64,000 nt of DNA from Eledone cirrhosa (taxonomy: Eukaryota), in NCBI GenBank assembly GCA_964016885.1, contig OZ024740.1:214892001-214956000 (forward strand). Reading direction: 5' to 3'. The notes under the pieces are model-generated. The model searched no databases. It was given only the letters and a program-made list of their open reading frames with translations, and had not been told where the DNA came from. The position numbers and the translations under genes are program-made. Of this stretch, positions 1-14,499 are shown piece by piece; position 1 is the first letter of the stretch; each line of letters opens with the position of its first letter.

Positions 1-3000
1 CAGTACCAACAACAACAACAGTACCAACAACAACAACAGTACCAACAACAACAGCAGTACCAACAACAACAGTACCAACAACAACAACAGTACCAACAAC
101 AACAGCAGTACCAACAACAACAGTACCAACAACAACAGTACCAACAACAACAACAGTACCAACAACAACAGTACCAACAACAACAACAGTACCAACAACA
201 ACAACAGTACCAACGACAACAACAGCACCAACAACAACAACAGTACCAACAACAAGAGTACCAACAACAACAACAGTACCAACAACAGTACCAACAACAG
301 TACCAACAACAACAACAGTACCAACAACAACAGTACCAACAACAACAGTACCAACAACAACAACAGTACCAACAACAACAACAGTACCAACAACAACAAC
401 AGTACCAACAACAACGACAGTAACAACAACAACAACAACAGTACCAACAACAAAAACAGTACCAACAACAACAACAGAACCAACAACAACAGTACCAACA
501 ACAACAACAGTACCAACAACAACAACAGTACCAACAACAACAGTACCAACAACAACAACAGTACCAACAACAACACTACCAACAGCAACAACAGTACCAA
601 CAACAACAACAGTACCAACAACAACAACAGTAACAACAACAACAACAGTACCAACAACAACAGTACCAACAACAACAACAGTACCAACAACAACAACAGC
701 ACCAACAACAACAACAGTAACAACAACAACAACAACAGTACCAACAACAACAACAGTACCAACAACAACAATACCAACAACAACAACAGTACCAACAATA
801 ACAACAGTACCAACAACAACAACAGTACCAACAACAACAACAGTACCAACAACAACAACAGTAACAACAACAACAACAACAGTACCAACAACAACAACAG
901 TACCAACAACAACAACAGTACCAACAACAACAATACCAACAACAACAACAGTACCAACAACAACAACAGTACCAACAATAACAGCAGTACCAATAACAAC
1001 AACAGTAGCAACAACAACAACAGTAGCAACAACAACAGTACCAACAACAACAACAGTACCAACAACAACAACAGTACCAACAACAACAATACCAACAACA
1101 ACAACAGTACCAACAACAACAACAATACCAACAACAACAGCAGTACCAACAACAACAACAGTAGCAACAACAACAACAGTACCAACAACAACAGTACCAA
1201 CAACAACAACAGTACCAACAACAACAACAGTACCAACAACAACTGACAACAACAACAACAGTACCTACAACAACAACAGTACCAACAACAACTGACAACA
1301 ACAACAACAGTACCAACAACAACAACAGTACCAACAACAACAACAGTACCAACAACAATAACAGTACCAACAACAACAACAGTACCTACAACAACAACAG
1401 TACCAGCAACAACAACTGACAACAACAACAACAACAGTACCAACAACAACAACAGTACCAACAACAACAGTACCAACAACAACAACAGTACCAACAACAA
1501 CAACAGTACCAACAACAACAACACTACCTACAACAACAACAGTACCTACAACAACAACAGTACCAACAACAACTGACAACAACAACAACAGTACGTACAA
1601 CAACAACAGTACCAACAACAACAACAACAGTACCAACAACAACAACAGTACCAACAACAACAACAGTGACAACAACAACATTACCAACAACAACAACAGT
1701 ACCAACAACAACAACAACAGTACCAACAACAACAACAGTACCAACAACAACAACAGTACCAACAACAACAACAGTACCAACAACAACATTACCAACAACA
1801 ACAACAGTACCAACAACAACAACAGTACCAACAACAACAACAGTGACAACAACAACAGTACCAACAACAACAACAACAGTACCAACAACAACAACAGTAC
1901 CAACAACAACAACAGTACCATCAACAACAGTACCAACAACAACAACAGTACCAACAACAACAACAACAGTACCAACAACAACAGTACCAACAGCAACAAC
2001 AGTACCAACAACAACAACAGTACCAACAACAACAACAGTACCAACAACAACAACATTACCAACAACAACAACAGTACCAACAACAACAACAACAGTACCA
2101 ACAACAACAACAGTACCAACAACAACAACACTACCAACAACAACAATACCAACAACAACAGTAATAACAACAACAACAGTACCAACAACAACAGTACCAA
2201 CAACAACAACAGTACCAACAACAACAACAGTACCAACAACAACAACAGTACCAACAACAACAACAGTACCAATAACAGTACCAACAACAACAACAGTACC
2301 AACAACAACAACAGTACCATCAACAACATTACCAACAACAACAACAGTACCAACAACAACAGTACCAACAACAACAACAACAGTACCAACAACAACAACA
2401 GTACCATCAACAACAGTACCAACAACAACAACAGTACCAACAACAACAACACTACCAACAACAACAACAGTACCAACAACAACAACAGTACCAACAACGA
2501 CAACAGTACCAACAACAACAACAATACCAACAACAACAACAGTACCAACAACAACAACAACAGTACCAACAACAACAGTACCAACAGCAACAACAGTACC
2601 AACAACAACAACAGTACCAACAACAACAACAGTACCAACAACAACAACAGTACCATCAACAACTGTACCAACAACAACAACAGTACCAACAACAACAGTA
2701 CCAACAACAACAACAGTACCAACAACAACAACAGTACCAACAACAACAACAGTACCAACAACAACAACAGTGCCTACAACAACAACAGTACCAACAACAA
2801 CAACAGTACCAACAACAACAACAGTACCAACAACAACAACAGTACCAACAACAACAACAACAACAACAACAGTACCAACAACAACTGACAACAACAACAA
2901 CAGTACCTACAACAACAACAATACCAACAACAACAACAGTACCAACAACAACAACAGTACCAACAACAACAACAGTAACAACAACAACAACAGTACCAAC

Positions 3001-6000
3001 AACAACAACAGTACCAACAACAACAACATTGCCAACAACAACAACAGTACCAACAACAACAACAACAACAGTACCAACAACAACAACAGTACCAACAACA
3101 ACAACAGTACCAACAACAACAACAGTAACAACAACAACAACAACAGTACCAACAACAACAACAGTACCAACAACAACAACAACAACAGTACCAACAACAA
3201 CAACAGTACCAACAACAACAACAGTACCAACAACAACAGTACCAACAACAACAACAGTACCAACAACAACAACATTACCAACAACAACAACAGTACCAAC
3301 AACAACAACAGTACCAACAACAACAACAGTACCAACAACAACAGTACCAACAACAACAACAGTACCAACAACAACAACAGTGACAACAACAACAGTACCA
3401 ACAACAGTACCAACAACAACAACATTACCAACAACAACAACAGTACCAACAACAACAACAGTACCAACAACAACAACAGTACCAACAACAACAACCGTAC
3501 CAACAACAACAGCAGTACCAACAACAACAGTACCAACAACAACAACAGTACCAACAACAACAGTACCAACAACAACAACAGTACCAACAACAACAACAGT
3601 ACCAACAACAACAACAGTACCAACAACAACAGTACCAACAACAACAACAGTACCAACAACAACAGCAGTACCAACAACAACAGTACCAACAACAACAACA
3701 GTACCAACAACAACAACAGTACCAACAACCACAACAGTACCAACAACAACAATACCAAAAACAACAACAGTACCAACAACAACAACAGTACCAACAACAA
3801 CAACAGTACCACCAACAACAACAGTAGCAACAACAACAGTACCAACAACAACAACAGTACTAACAAGAACAGTACCAACAACAACAACAGTACCAACAAC
3901 AACAACAGTACCAACAACAACAACAGTACCAACAACAACAATACCAACAACAACAACAGTACCAACAACAACAACAGTACCAACAATAACAGCAGTACCA
4001 ACAACAACAACAGTAGCAACAACAACAACAGTAGCAACAACAACAGTACCAACAACAACAACAGTACCAACAACAACAACAGTACCAACAACAACAATAC
4101 CAACAACAACAACAGTACCAACAACAACAACAGTACCAACAACAACAGCAGTACCAACAACAACAACAGTAGCAACAACAACAACAGTAGCAACAACAAC
4201 AGTACCAACAACAACAACAGTACCAACAACAACAACAGTACAAACAACAACTGACAACAACAACAACAGTACCTACAACAACAACAGTACCAACAACAAC
4301 TGACAACAACAACAACAGTACCAACAACAACAACAGTACCTACAACAACAACAGTACCAGCAACAACAACTGACAACAACAACAACAACAACAGTACCAA
4401 CAACTGACAACAGTACCAACAACAACAACAGTACCAACAACAACAGTACCAACAACAACAACAACAGTACCAACAACAACAACAGTACCAACAACAACAA
4501 CACTACCTACAACAACAACAGTACCTACAACAACAACAGTACCAACAACAACTGACAACAACAACAACAGTACCTACAACAACAACAGTACCAACAACAA
4601 CAACAGTACCAACAACAACAACAACAACAACAGTACCAACAACAACAACAGTACCAACAACAACAACAGTACCAACAACAACAACAGTGACAACAACAAC
4701 AACAGTACCAACAACAACAGCAGTACCAACAACAACAGTACCAACAACAACAACAGTACCAACAATAACAGTACCAACAACAACAACAGTACCAACAACA
4801 ACAACAGTACCAACAACAACAACAGTACCAACAACAACAGTACCAACAACAACAACAGTACCAACAACAACAGCAGTACCAACAACAACAGTACCAACAA
4901 CAACAACAGTACCAACAACAACAACAGTACCAACAACCACAACAGTACCAACAACAACAATACCAAAAACAACAACAGTACCAACAACAACAACAGTACC
5001 AACAACAACAACAGTACCACCAACAACAACAGTAGCAACAACAACAGTACCAACAACAACAACAGTACTAACAAGAACAGTACCAACAACAACAACAGTA
5101 CCAACAACAACAACAGTACCAACAACAACAATACCAACAACAACAACAGTACCAACAACAACAACAGTACCAACAATAACAGCAGTACCAACAACAACAA
5201 CAGTAGCAACAACAACAACAGTAGCAACAACAACAGTACCCACAACAACAACAGTACCAACAACAACAACAGTACAAACAACAACTGACAACAACAACAA
5301 CAGTACCTACAACAACAATAGTACCAACAACAACTGACAACAACAACAACAGTACCAACAACAACAACAGTACCTACAACAACAACAGTACCAGCAACAA
5401 CAACTGACAACAACAACAACAACAGTACCAACAACAACAACAGTACCAACAACAACAACAGTACCAACAACAACAGTACCAACAACAACAACAACAGTAC
5501 CAACAACAACAACAGTACCAACAACAACAACACTACCTACAACAACAACAGTACCTACAACAACAACAGTACCAACAACAACTGACAACAACAACAACAG
5601 TACCTACAACAACAACAGTACCAACAACAACAACAGTACCAACAACAACAACAACAACAACAGTACCAACAACAACAACAGTACCAACAACAACAACAGT
5701 ACCAACAACAATGACAACAACAACAGTACCAACAACAACATTACCAACAACAACAACAGTACCAACAACAACAACAGTACCAACAACAACAACAGTGACA
5801 ACAACAACAGTACCAACAACAACAGTACCAACAACAACAACAATACCAACAACAACAACAGTACCAACAACAACAACAGTACCAACAACAACAACAGTAC
5901 CAACAACAACAACAGTACCAACAACAACAACAGTGACAACAACAACAGTACCAACAACAACAACAGTACCAACAACAACAACAACAGTACCAACAACAAC

Positions 6001-7590
6001 AACAGTACCAACAACAACAACAGTACCATCAACAACAGTACCAACAACAACAACAGTACCAACAACAACAACAGTACCAACAACAACAACAGTACCAACA
6101 ACAACAACAGTACCAACAACAACAACAGTACCAACAACAACAACAGTACCAACAACAACAACAGTGACAACAACAACAACAGTACCAACAACAACAACAG
6201 TACCAACAACAACAACACTACCAACAACAACAATACCAACAACAACACTACCAACAACAACAACAGTACCAACAACAACAGTACCAACAACAACAACACT
6301 ACCAACAACAACAGTACCAACAACAACAGTACCAACAACAACAATACCAACAACAACAACAATACCAACAACAACAGTACCAACAACAACAACACTACCA
6401 ACAACAACAGTACCAACAACAACAGTACCAACAACAACAATACCAACAACAACAACAATACCAACAACAACAGTACCAACAACAACAACACTACCAACAA
6501 CAACAACAGTACCAACAACAACAGTACCATCAACATCAGTACCAACAACAACAGTACCAACAACAACAACAGTACCAACAACAACAACAGTACCAACAAC
6601 AACAACAGTACCAACAACAACATCAGTACCAACAACAACAGTACCAACAACAACAACAGTACCAACAACAACAACAGTACCAACAACAACAATAGTACCA
6701 ACAACATCAGTACCAACAACAACAGTACCAACAACAACAGTACCAACAACAACACTACCAACAACAACAACAATACCAACAACAACAGTACCAACAACAA
6801 CAACAGTACCAACAACAACAACAGTACCAACAACAACAGTACCAACAACAACAACAGTACCAACAACAACAGTACCAACAACAACACTACCAACAACAAC
6901 AGTACCAACAACAACAGTACCAACAACAACAGTACCAACAACAACAACAGTACCAACAACAACAACAGTACCAACAACAACAACAGTACCAACAACAACA
7001 ACAGTACCAACAACAACAACAGTACCAACAACAACAACAGTACCAACAACAACAGTACCAACAACAACAACAGTACCAACAACAACAGTACCAACAACAA
7101 CAGTACCAACAACAACAGTACCAACAACAACAGTACCAACAACAACAACAGTACCAACAACAACACTACCAACAACAACAGTACCAACAACAACAGTACC
7201 AACAACAACAGTACCAACAACAACAACAGTACCAACAACAACAACAGTACCAACAACAACAACAGTACCAACAACAACAACAGTACCAACAACAACAACA
7301 GTACCAACAACAACAACAGTACCAACAACAACAACAGTACCAACAACAACAGTACCAACAACAACAGTACCAACAACAACAGTACCAACAACAACAACAG
7401 TACCAACAACAACAACAGTACCAACAACAACAACAGTACCAACAACAACAACAGTACCAACAACAACAACAGTACCAACAACAACAACAGTACCAACAAC
7501 AACAGTACCAACAACAACAGTACCAACAACAACAACAGTACCAACAACAACAACAATACCAACAACAACAGTACCAACAACAACAATAGT
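1..7590. repeat. Large minisatellite [GTACCA(ACA)2-5]n, mostly 12-15 bp units, running off the window start
   Basis: Continuous array with higher-order duplicated blocks and frame-shifting variant units (ACTGACAAC). Confidence 0.97.
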
Positions 7591-7757
7591 AGTGTAGTAC
7601 CAGATCAGTATTCAGCAATCCTATTACCAAACAACTTCCAACCATAACAAAGCCATTCCTCCTACATCTATGACTACATTGACAAGTCTGTCATGTGAGG
7701 GAATTTGGCTGTTATTACTGCCGGCTTTACTGACTAGACACAGACTCTATATTCGGC

Positions 7758-7763
7758 TAGTAC

Positions 7764-7820
<57 letters not shown>

Positions 7821-7867
7821 TAGTAGTAGTGGTGGTGGTGGTGGTGGTAGTGGTGGTAGTGGTAGTT

Positions 7868-7920
<53 letters not shown>

Positions 7921-7961
7921 AGTGGTGGTGGTAGTAATAGTAGTACCAGTAGCAGCAGCAC

Positions 7962-7998
<37 letters not shown>

Positions 7999-8045
7999 TT
8001 GGTAGTAGTAGTAGTAGAAGTAGTAGTAGTTGTAATAGTAGTAGT

Positions 8046-8118
<73 letters not shown>

Positions 8119-8172
8119 ACAGCAGCAGTAGTTGTAGTAGTAGTCGTACTAGTAGTATTAGTTGTAGTAGTT
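7758..8172. repeat. (GTA)n/(GTG)n/(GCA)n compound microsatellite
   Basis: Seen directly in the sequence. Confidence 0.97.
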
Positions 8173-8372
8173 AGTCATTTGGCACCAGATCAGATCTGGT
8201 TCTGCTGTCATATGACCAATGACATTTCAGTCATGACAATTCCTTCGTTTATGGATATTTAGAAGGGCATGCAATATATGTTGAAATTTAAGAAAGATTT
8301 GGCTGTTATATTTAGCAGGGCGAGCAACCACTTAGAAACACTCTCTTTGGCTTGTGAGAGAGTCATATAAAA

Positions 8373-9159
8373 CAGGCATGTCAAACATGTGGCCCTTTAC
8401 AAACAGACCTGCAGCTCGCACAAACGTTTTTACAGTGCAAGCAAAAGTTTTATCTTCGTAATATAAAATAGAAATATTAGTTGTAATGTCCGCCACTTGG
8501 AATTCGCACCATCAGTCCGGAACCCCTATTTTGCTCAGAACATTGACTTCCTGGAAACTGTTCAGAGACGTGCAACCAAGCACATACCCTCCATCAGACA
8601 CCTACCATACTCTGAACACCTTGCTTCCCTGGGCATGGATTCATTGAAGCTCCGATGTCTGGAAATGGACTTGGTAAACACCCACAAAGTCATTAACCAT
8701 CTCGCCAACAACAACCCTGAGTACCTTTTTGATCTCCATGTGTCTAACACACGTGGACATGCCTACAACATCAGAAAACAGCACAGCTCCCATGACTTTC
8801 AGAAACATTTTTTCACGCTCAGAGTTGTGAAGTATGGAACAAACTGCCTGCGTCAGTTGTTAGCTGTCGAGACACTGCATCCTTTAAAACCCTCATGCTT
8901 CCCGAAATTCGCCAAAACTACACCTGATGTCCCCCTTCCATACACATGCACACATGTGTATATCATGACTCATGCACTGTTCATTTTCCTGACGTCTGTA
9001 CATTATCCTATGTACTATACATACACTTTTGATGAGTTGTAGTGCACCTGAGCACTGTACACAATATTTTCATTATTGTTATTAGTTGTCGTGTGTGGCC
9101 CTCATACAACACATATGTGACCCATGTGGCCCTAGGGGACCCTCAGTTTGACATGTCTG
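8373..9159. mobile_element. hAT-type MITE interrupted by a LINE fragment
   Basis: TIRs CAGGCATGTCAAAC and GTTTGACATGTCTG, with an 8-bp target site duplication ATATAAAA/ATATAAAG. Confidence 0.8.
8485..9079 (+). mobile_element. CR1/L2-group LINE, 5'-truncated 3' end
   Basis: Translation LEFAPSVRNPY..IDFLETVQRRATK..LPYSEHL..NTRGHAY..KHFFTLRVV is typical of the post-RT C-terminus of CR1/L2. It has a (TTA)-like tail and a TATTAGTTGT target site duplication. Confidence 0.85.
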
Positions 9160-9189
9160 ATATAAAGTATAACTGAAATATTTAAAAAA

Positions 9190-9668
9190 GTTAAGGGATA
9201 GACCTGGAAAGAACAGAAGTAATTCTGTATTTGTGCCAACCCTTACCTATGGCCATGAATCTTAATGACCAAAAGCATACGATCATGAATGTAAGTGGCC
9301 GAAATAATCTGAAGAGTCTTTGGAGTAACATGATTGATGGCTATAGTTGCAGTAACGTTATTTGATAGAGCCACTACTTCTCCGAATTGAGAGATCACAG
9401 CTCCGATACTAACGACATGTGTTTAGAATGTCTCAGGAAAGAATAGCTGGACAGATTTTATGGGCAAAAGCAACAGGCAAGAGACCTAGGGGTAGACCCC
9501 GAGCTAGATGGTTGGATAACATCCATGAGCTTAGCTGGTCTTGCTTGGAGATCCAGCTGGATCAGTTGGAGATGGTTGCTTCTGACAGGACCCACTGGAA
9601 GGAGTGTATGAGGATTCTGTCCCCACGACCCTCTCAGGAATAAGAGGGCACAGAAGAAGAAGAAGAAA
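9190..9668 (+). mobile_element. Degenerate RTE-clade LINE 3' fragment
   Basis: Motifs PTLTYGHES and GKRPRGRPRARWLDNI, plus an (AGA)n tail. A related antisense piece lies at about 44625-44890. Confidence 0.8.
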
Positions 9669-10169
9669 AGATAGTTGTTGGGTATACCAACTGTGGGTGG
9701 TGAATTGCCGATTAGAATGTCAAATAGAATGCTTTGCCATATTTATTCCAGCTCTCTGCTCTCCTAGTTCAAATCCGGCTGAAGTCCACTTTGCCTTTCA
9801 TCCTGTTGAGGTCGATAAAAAAAGTACCAGTCTTGTACTGGGGTAGATTCTATCTACCTTTATATCTCTTTCTCACTTCCATTCTCTCACTTTCTATCCT
9901 TCTTCTGTGTTCAGACCTAGGGAAGGATGGGCTCCGCCAGGCTTTAAAAAATTGCCCAAGAAATACTGTATGCCAATATTGCACCCTTATGACTCCAGCA
10001 GGAGTGATGGGACCATACCATACCAACTAAGCAAGGAGAAAAGCAAGGTTTGTTGTTTAGTACCAGATCAGCCATGATTCAATAGACCTATGACCAAAGG
10101 GGTTTCCAACCATGGCAATCCCATTTCTTTTCCATATCTCTGATTACATTGCCCATAGAAGTTTGTCCA

Positions 10170-12490
10170 TGTTCTGGATTACAAAACAGTGAGTGTGAAT
10201 GAAGATGTTGTTGATGAGAAGTGTGGACCTAATGATAACAGCACACTTACACTTGTTGACACTGAAGAGGAAGTGGCATAGAAATTATATGAAATGTTGC
10301 TGGATGAGGGAAATACTTGGAAGAGACAGAGACTATCCCAAGGAGACCCAATAGAGGACTAGCTGTTAAACTTGACAGTTGTATGGTTGGAAACGGCTAT
10401 TAAAGATATGAATACAAGGAAAGGAGTTGACAATAAGAGATAGTCATTGACATGTCAAAATATATGGTGAAGTAGGACATCAGTAGAGAAAGGGGTCATT
10501 CCCAGTGATTAGTATAGTAGTCAGTACAGTACATTCATAGTAGTTAGTATAGCAGTCAGTATAGTAAAGGGTCATTCACAGTTGTTAGTATAGCAGTCAG
10601 TACAGTAAAGGGTCATTCATAGTAGTTATATAGCAGCCAGTAGATTCACGGTGGTTAGTATAGTAGTCAGTAGAGAAAGGGGTCGTCATTCACAGTGGTT
10701 ATTATAGTAGTCAGTAGAGAAAGGGGTCGTCATTCACAGTGATCAGTATAGTAGTCAGTAGAGAAAGGGGTCGTCATTCACAGTGGTTATTATAGTAGTC
10801 AGTAGAGAAAGGGGTCGTCATTCACAGTGGTCAGTATAGTAGTCAGTAGAGAAAGGGGTCGTCATTCACAGTGATCAGTATAGTAGTCAGTAGAGAAAGG
10901 GGTCGTCATTCACAGTGGTTATTATAGTAGTCAGTAGAGAAAGGGGTCGTCATTCACAGTGGTTATTATAGTAGTCAGTAGAGAAAGGGGTCGTCATTCA
11001 CAGTGGTCAGTATAGTAGTCAGTAGAGAAAGGGGTCGTCATTCACAGTGATCAGTATAGTAGTCAGTAGAGAAAGGGGTCGTCATTCACAGTGGTTATTA
11101 TAGTAGTCAGTAGAGAAAGGGGTCGTCATTCACAGTGATCAGTATAGTAGTCAGTAGAGAAAGGGGTCGTCATTCACAGTGGTTATTATAGTAGTCAGTA
11201 GAGAAAGGGGTCGTCATTCACAGTGGTCAGTATAGTAGTCAGTAGAGAAAGGGGTCGTCATTCACAGTGGTTATTATAGTAGTCAGTAGAGAAAGGGGTC
11301 GTCATTCACAGTGGTTATTATAGTAGTCAGTAGAGAAAGGGGTCGTCATTCACAGTGGTTATTATAGCAGTCAGTAAAGAAAGGGGTCGTCATTCACAGT
11401 GGTCAGTATAGTAGTCAGTAGAGAAAGGGGTCGTCATTCACAGTGGTTATTATAGTAGTCAGTAGAGAAAGGGGTCGTCATTCACAGTGATCAGTATAGT
11501 AGTCAGTAGAGAAAGGGGTCGTCATTCACAGTGGTTATTATAGTAGTCAGTAGAGAAAGGGGTCGTCATTCACAGTGGTCAGTATAGTAGTCAGTAGAGA
11601 AAGGGGTCGTCATTCACAGTGGTTATTATAGTAGTCAGTAGAGAAAGGGGTCGTCATTCACAGTGGTTATTATAGTAGTCAGTAGAGAAAGGGGTCGTCA
11701 TTCACAGTGGTTATTATAGCAGTCAGTAAAGAAAGGGGTCGTCATTCACAGTGGTCAGTATAGTAGTCAGTAGAGAAAGGGGTCGTCATTCACAGTGGTT
11801 ATTATAGTAGTCAGTAGAGAAAGGGGTCGTCATTCACAGTGGTCAGTATAGTAGTCAGTAGAGAAAGGGGTCGTCATTCACAGTGGTTATTATAGTAGTC
11901 AGTAGAGAAAGGGGTCGTCATTCACAGTGGTTATTATAGTAGTCAGTAGAGAAAGGGGTCGTCATTCACAGTGGTTATTATAGTAGTCAGTAGAGAAAGG
12001 GGTCGTCATTCACAGTGGTCAGTATAGTAGTCAGTAGAGAAAGGGGTCGTCATTCACAGTGGTTAGTATAGCAGTCAGTAAAGAAAGGGTCATTCACAGT
12101 GGTTAGTATAGCAGTCAGTAAAGAAAGGGTCATTCACAGTGTTTAGTATAGCAGTATCATCATCAATAGCTATAAGAGTAAATGAGATGTTGTAGAAAGA
12201 AGAAACTACAGAGGTATGAACCTGATAAACCAAGTGCTGAAAGTAACAGAAAATGTTACAGCACAGCAGATTGGGGGAAAACATTGAGTTGGATGAGATG
12301 CTGTTTAGATTTGTGCCAAGATAGTGTACCACTGGTGCCCTATTCTTAGTGAATCAACTCCAAAGGGAAAGCCATCATAAATTTCATTTATTTGCCAGGA
12401 GAAGGCTTTCATCAGAGTAACAGGCTCTGTAGTCTGATAGATACTTAGAAATCAAGGTATAAATGGTTTCTGAGTGCCATACAAACCACG
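10170..12490 (+). mobile_element. Degenerate RTE-clade LINE RT fragment split by a minisatellite
   Basis: EKGVIPSD*YSS lies before the array. SSIIINSYKSK*DVVERRNYRGMNL...ELDEMLFRFVP..TTGALFLVNQLQ lies after it, matching early RT motifs. Confidence 0.75.
10490..12150. repeat. 44-bp minisatellite, about 32 near-perfect copies plus degenerate flanking units
   Basis: Unit TATAGTAGTCAGTAGAGAAAGGGGTCGTCATTCACAGTG(GTTAT/GTCAG/ATCAG). Confidence 0.97.
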
Positions 12491-12907
12491 TAGGAAGATA
12501 TAACCAATAAGATGAGTCCTAGTTCTAATAGCTGCAGAATTAGTCAAGAGATTCCAAATGGGGAAGCAGAACCCAGAATCAAAATTTCTTGAAGTAATCT
12601 TAACAAAGACAAAAGTTTTAGTTTGCAGGAATGAAGATAAGATTCTATTGCTATCTGAAGACCATGTTTGATATACAGAAATATCATATGAGGTTCCCAT
12701 TGTAAACTATGAGATACAATTGGATCACTGGTTGACAGAACTACATATGTATCAGAAGCACAAAACTAAAAGCTGTTATAACAAATATTAGAAATAATAT
12801 CTGACAAATATCACAAAAGCATTTCTTTGTGCGAAATATTTTTAGTATAGAATTTAATGAGTATGAAAAAATATATATATTCAAATTAGGAATGTATTAA
12901 AATATTA

Positions 12908-12992
12908 TGTCAGGTCACTCTCAAGTGCTACTGGTAGCATGTAACCCAATACAACCTGCCGCATGGTCGGGTCATCAGTGACTAAACCGGCA
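12908..12992 (+). ncRNA. HDV-like ribozyme remnant lacking the 5' P1 strand, at the head of a retroelement 5' region
   Basis: P2 TGTC(A)GGT/ACCGGCA, P3 CAC/GTG, L3 TCTCAA, P1 3' strand CTACT, GG for P1.1, P4 ATG..ACCC/GGGTCAT, and J4/2 CTAA carrying the catalytic C. Confidence 0.55.
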
Positions 12993-13092
12993 ACCCCACC
13001 AAGTTTACTTGGTGAGGAGGGTGATTTTGGACACCCTGCAGGACAAAAATCAAAACCTGACAAAGGGCAGAACTCATAAGAGTCAACGGCCA

Positions 13093-13128
<36 letters not shown>

Positions 13129-13875
13129 GCCAAATCAATGGGTGGCAGTAGTTCCAGCTGCACACATCAAAAGACAGGTGTAGTGGTTCTGAGAACAATG
13201 ATGATCAATGTAAATTGATAATGGAAAGGCACTCCCGCTCGAGTTAGAAGAGAACTGTTGACCTTCAGGAGAAGCAGCGACCCCTGATTCTATTCAGCAA
13301 CCGAAACAAATATGAAGTACACCGAATCCAATTCTCCTTGGGGCAGCCCTGGTTCTTCTTATTTGTGAGTGTAAACTCGGCCAGATTAGATAAGATAAAA
13401 TATAATGAAACTGAATGGACACATATACGAAGTGTGGTCATCATATATTTATGATCATAACATAGTGAAGACATGTAGCTTAGTGGTTAGAGAATGTGAT
13501 TTGCAATCATGAGGTTGTAAGTTTGATTCCCGGACTGGGCGATGTGTTAATAAATGTCCTTGAGCAAGACACTTTATATTTCATGTTGCTCTTTCTGCCA
13601 GGAGTTGTGACAGGTAGATAGTTTCAGCAATGGAAAGACCAATGGAAACATTGTTTCCTTGGTCCAATTTGATGAGTTCCACCCTATTCAGTAAACAAAT
13701 GAGGTCAGATTTTGTTTATCAATCACAGCTGTATTGATTACTAATGCTCCCTTCGTCAACAGAGTACCAAAAAGTATTTGTGAGAGAAACATATATAATT
13801 TGGTGAAGGAACACCAAGTGGTTATGAAAGAAGATAGAAATTACACACACACACACACACATACATACATATATG

Positions 13876-14020
13876 AAGGTGCATGGCTTAGTGGTTAGAG
13901 CATTGGGCTTACAATCCTGAGGTTGTGGGTTTGATTCTCGGACTGGGCTTTGCATTGTGTTCTTGTGCAAAACACTTTATTTCACGTTGCTCCTTTAACT
14001 CAGCTGTAGAAATGAGTTTA
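13876..14020 (+). mobile_element. tRNA-derived CORE-type SINE, partial; a second copy lies at about 13465-13595
   Basis: A-box TGGCTTAGTGG, B-box-like GGTTTGATTC, and a CORE-like CTTGTGCAAAACACTTTATTTCAC segment. Confidence 0.75.
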
Positions 14021-14185
14021 CCTAGCTATGGGTTAAATAGCCTCACCAACCCACAATTGGTCAAGTGTGGTGAGTACTGCTACACCCCTGACATGATCAA
14101 AACCATTGTAAACTATACATTTTAAAAACTTCTGGTTTGTATGTATCTTCTGTTTTGTATTTTCTAGTTTTAGGTTTTGATTAAG

Positions 14186-14350
14186 TGACATGTGCCCACT
14201 TTGAAATCACTGTTCTCACTTTGATTTGACACAATGTGCCCACTTTGAAATTACTGTACTCAATTTGATCTGACACAATGTACCCACTTTGAAATCAGTT
14301 CTCACTTTGATCTGACACATGTTCACTTTGAAATTGCTGTTCTCACTTAG
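14186..14350. repeat. Tandem repeat of about 41 bp, about 4 copies
   Basis: TGACAC(A)ATGTGCCCACTTTGAAAT..TGTTCTCACTTTGAT repeated. Confidence 0.85.
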
Positions 14351-14499
14351 AAGTGGCATGTTCTTGCTTACAATTACAAATACTGTAAGTGAATAAATAA
14401 TATAGATATTGTAAATGTCAAATATATTAAATGATAAATATCTAGTGATGAGAATTGTGTTTCAAAATGTATATATTATATATTATATTATATATCTAG

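Noticed and set aside
576-7645. Long poly-L/V/C/N/T ORFs on both strands
   Set aside because: They are translations of a stop-poor trinucleotide-based satellite.
13465-14020. tRNA genes
   Set aside because: The A and B boxes belong to SINE heads. There is no complete cloverleaf, and they continue into SINE bodies.
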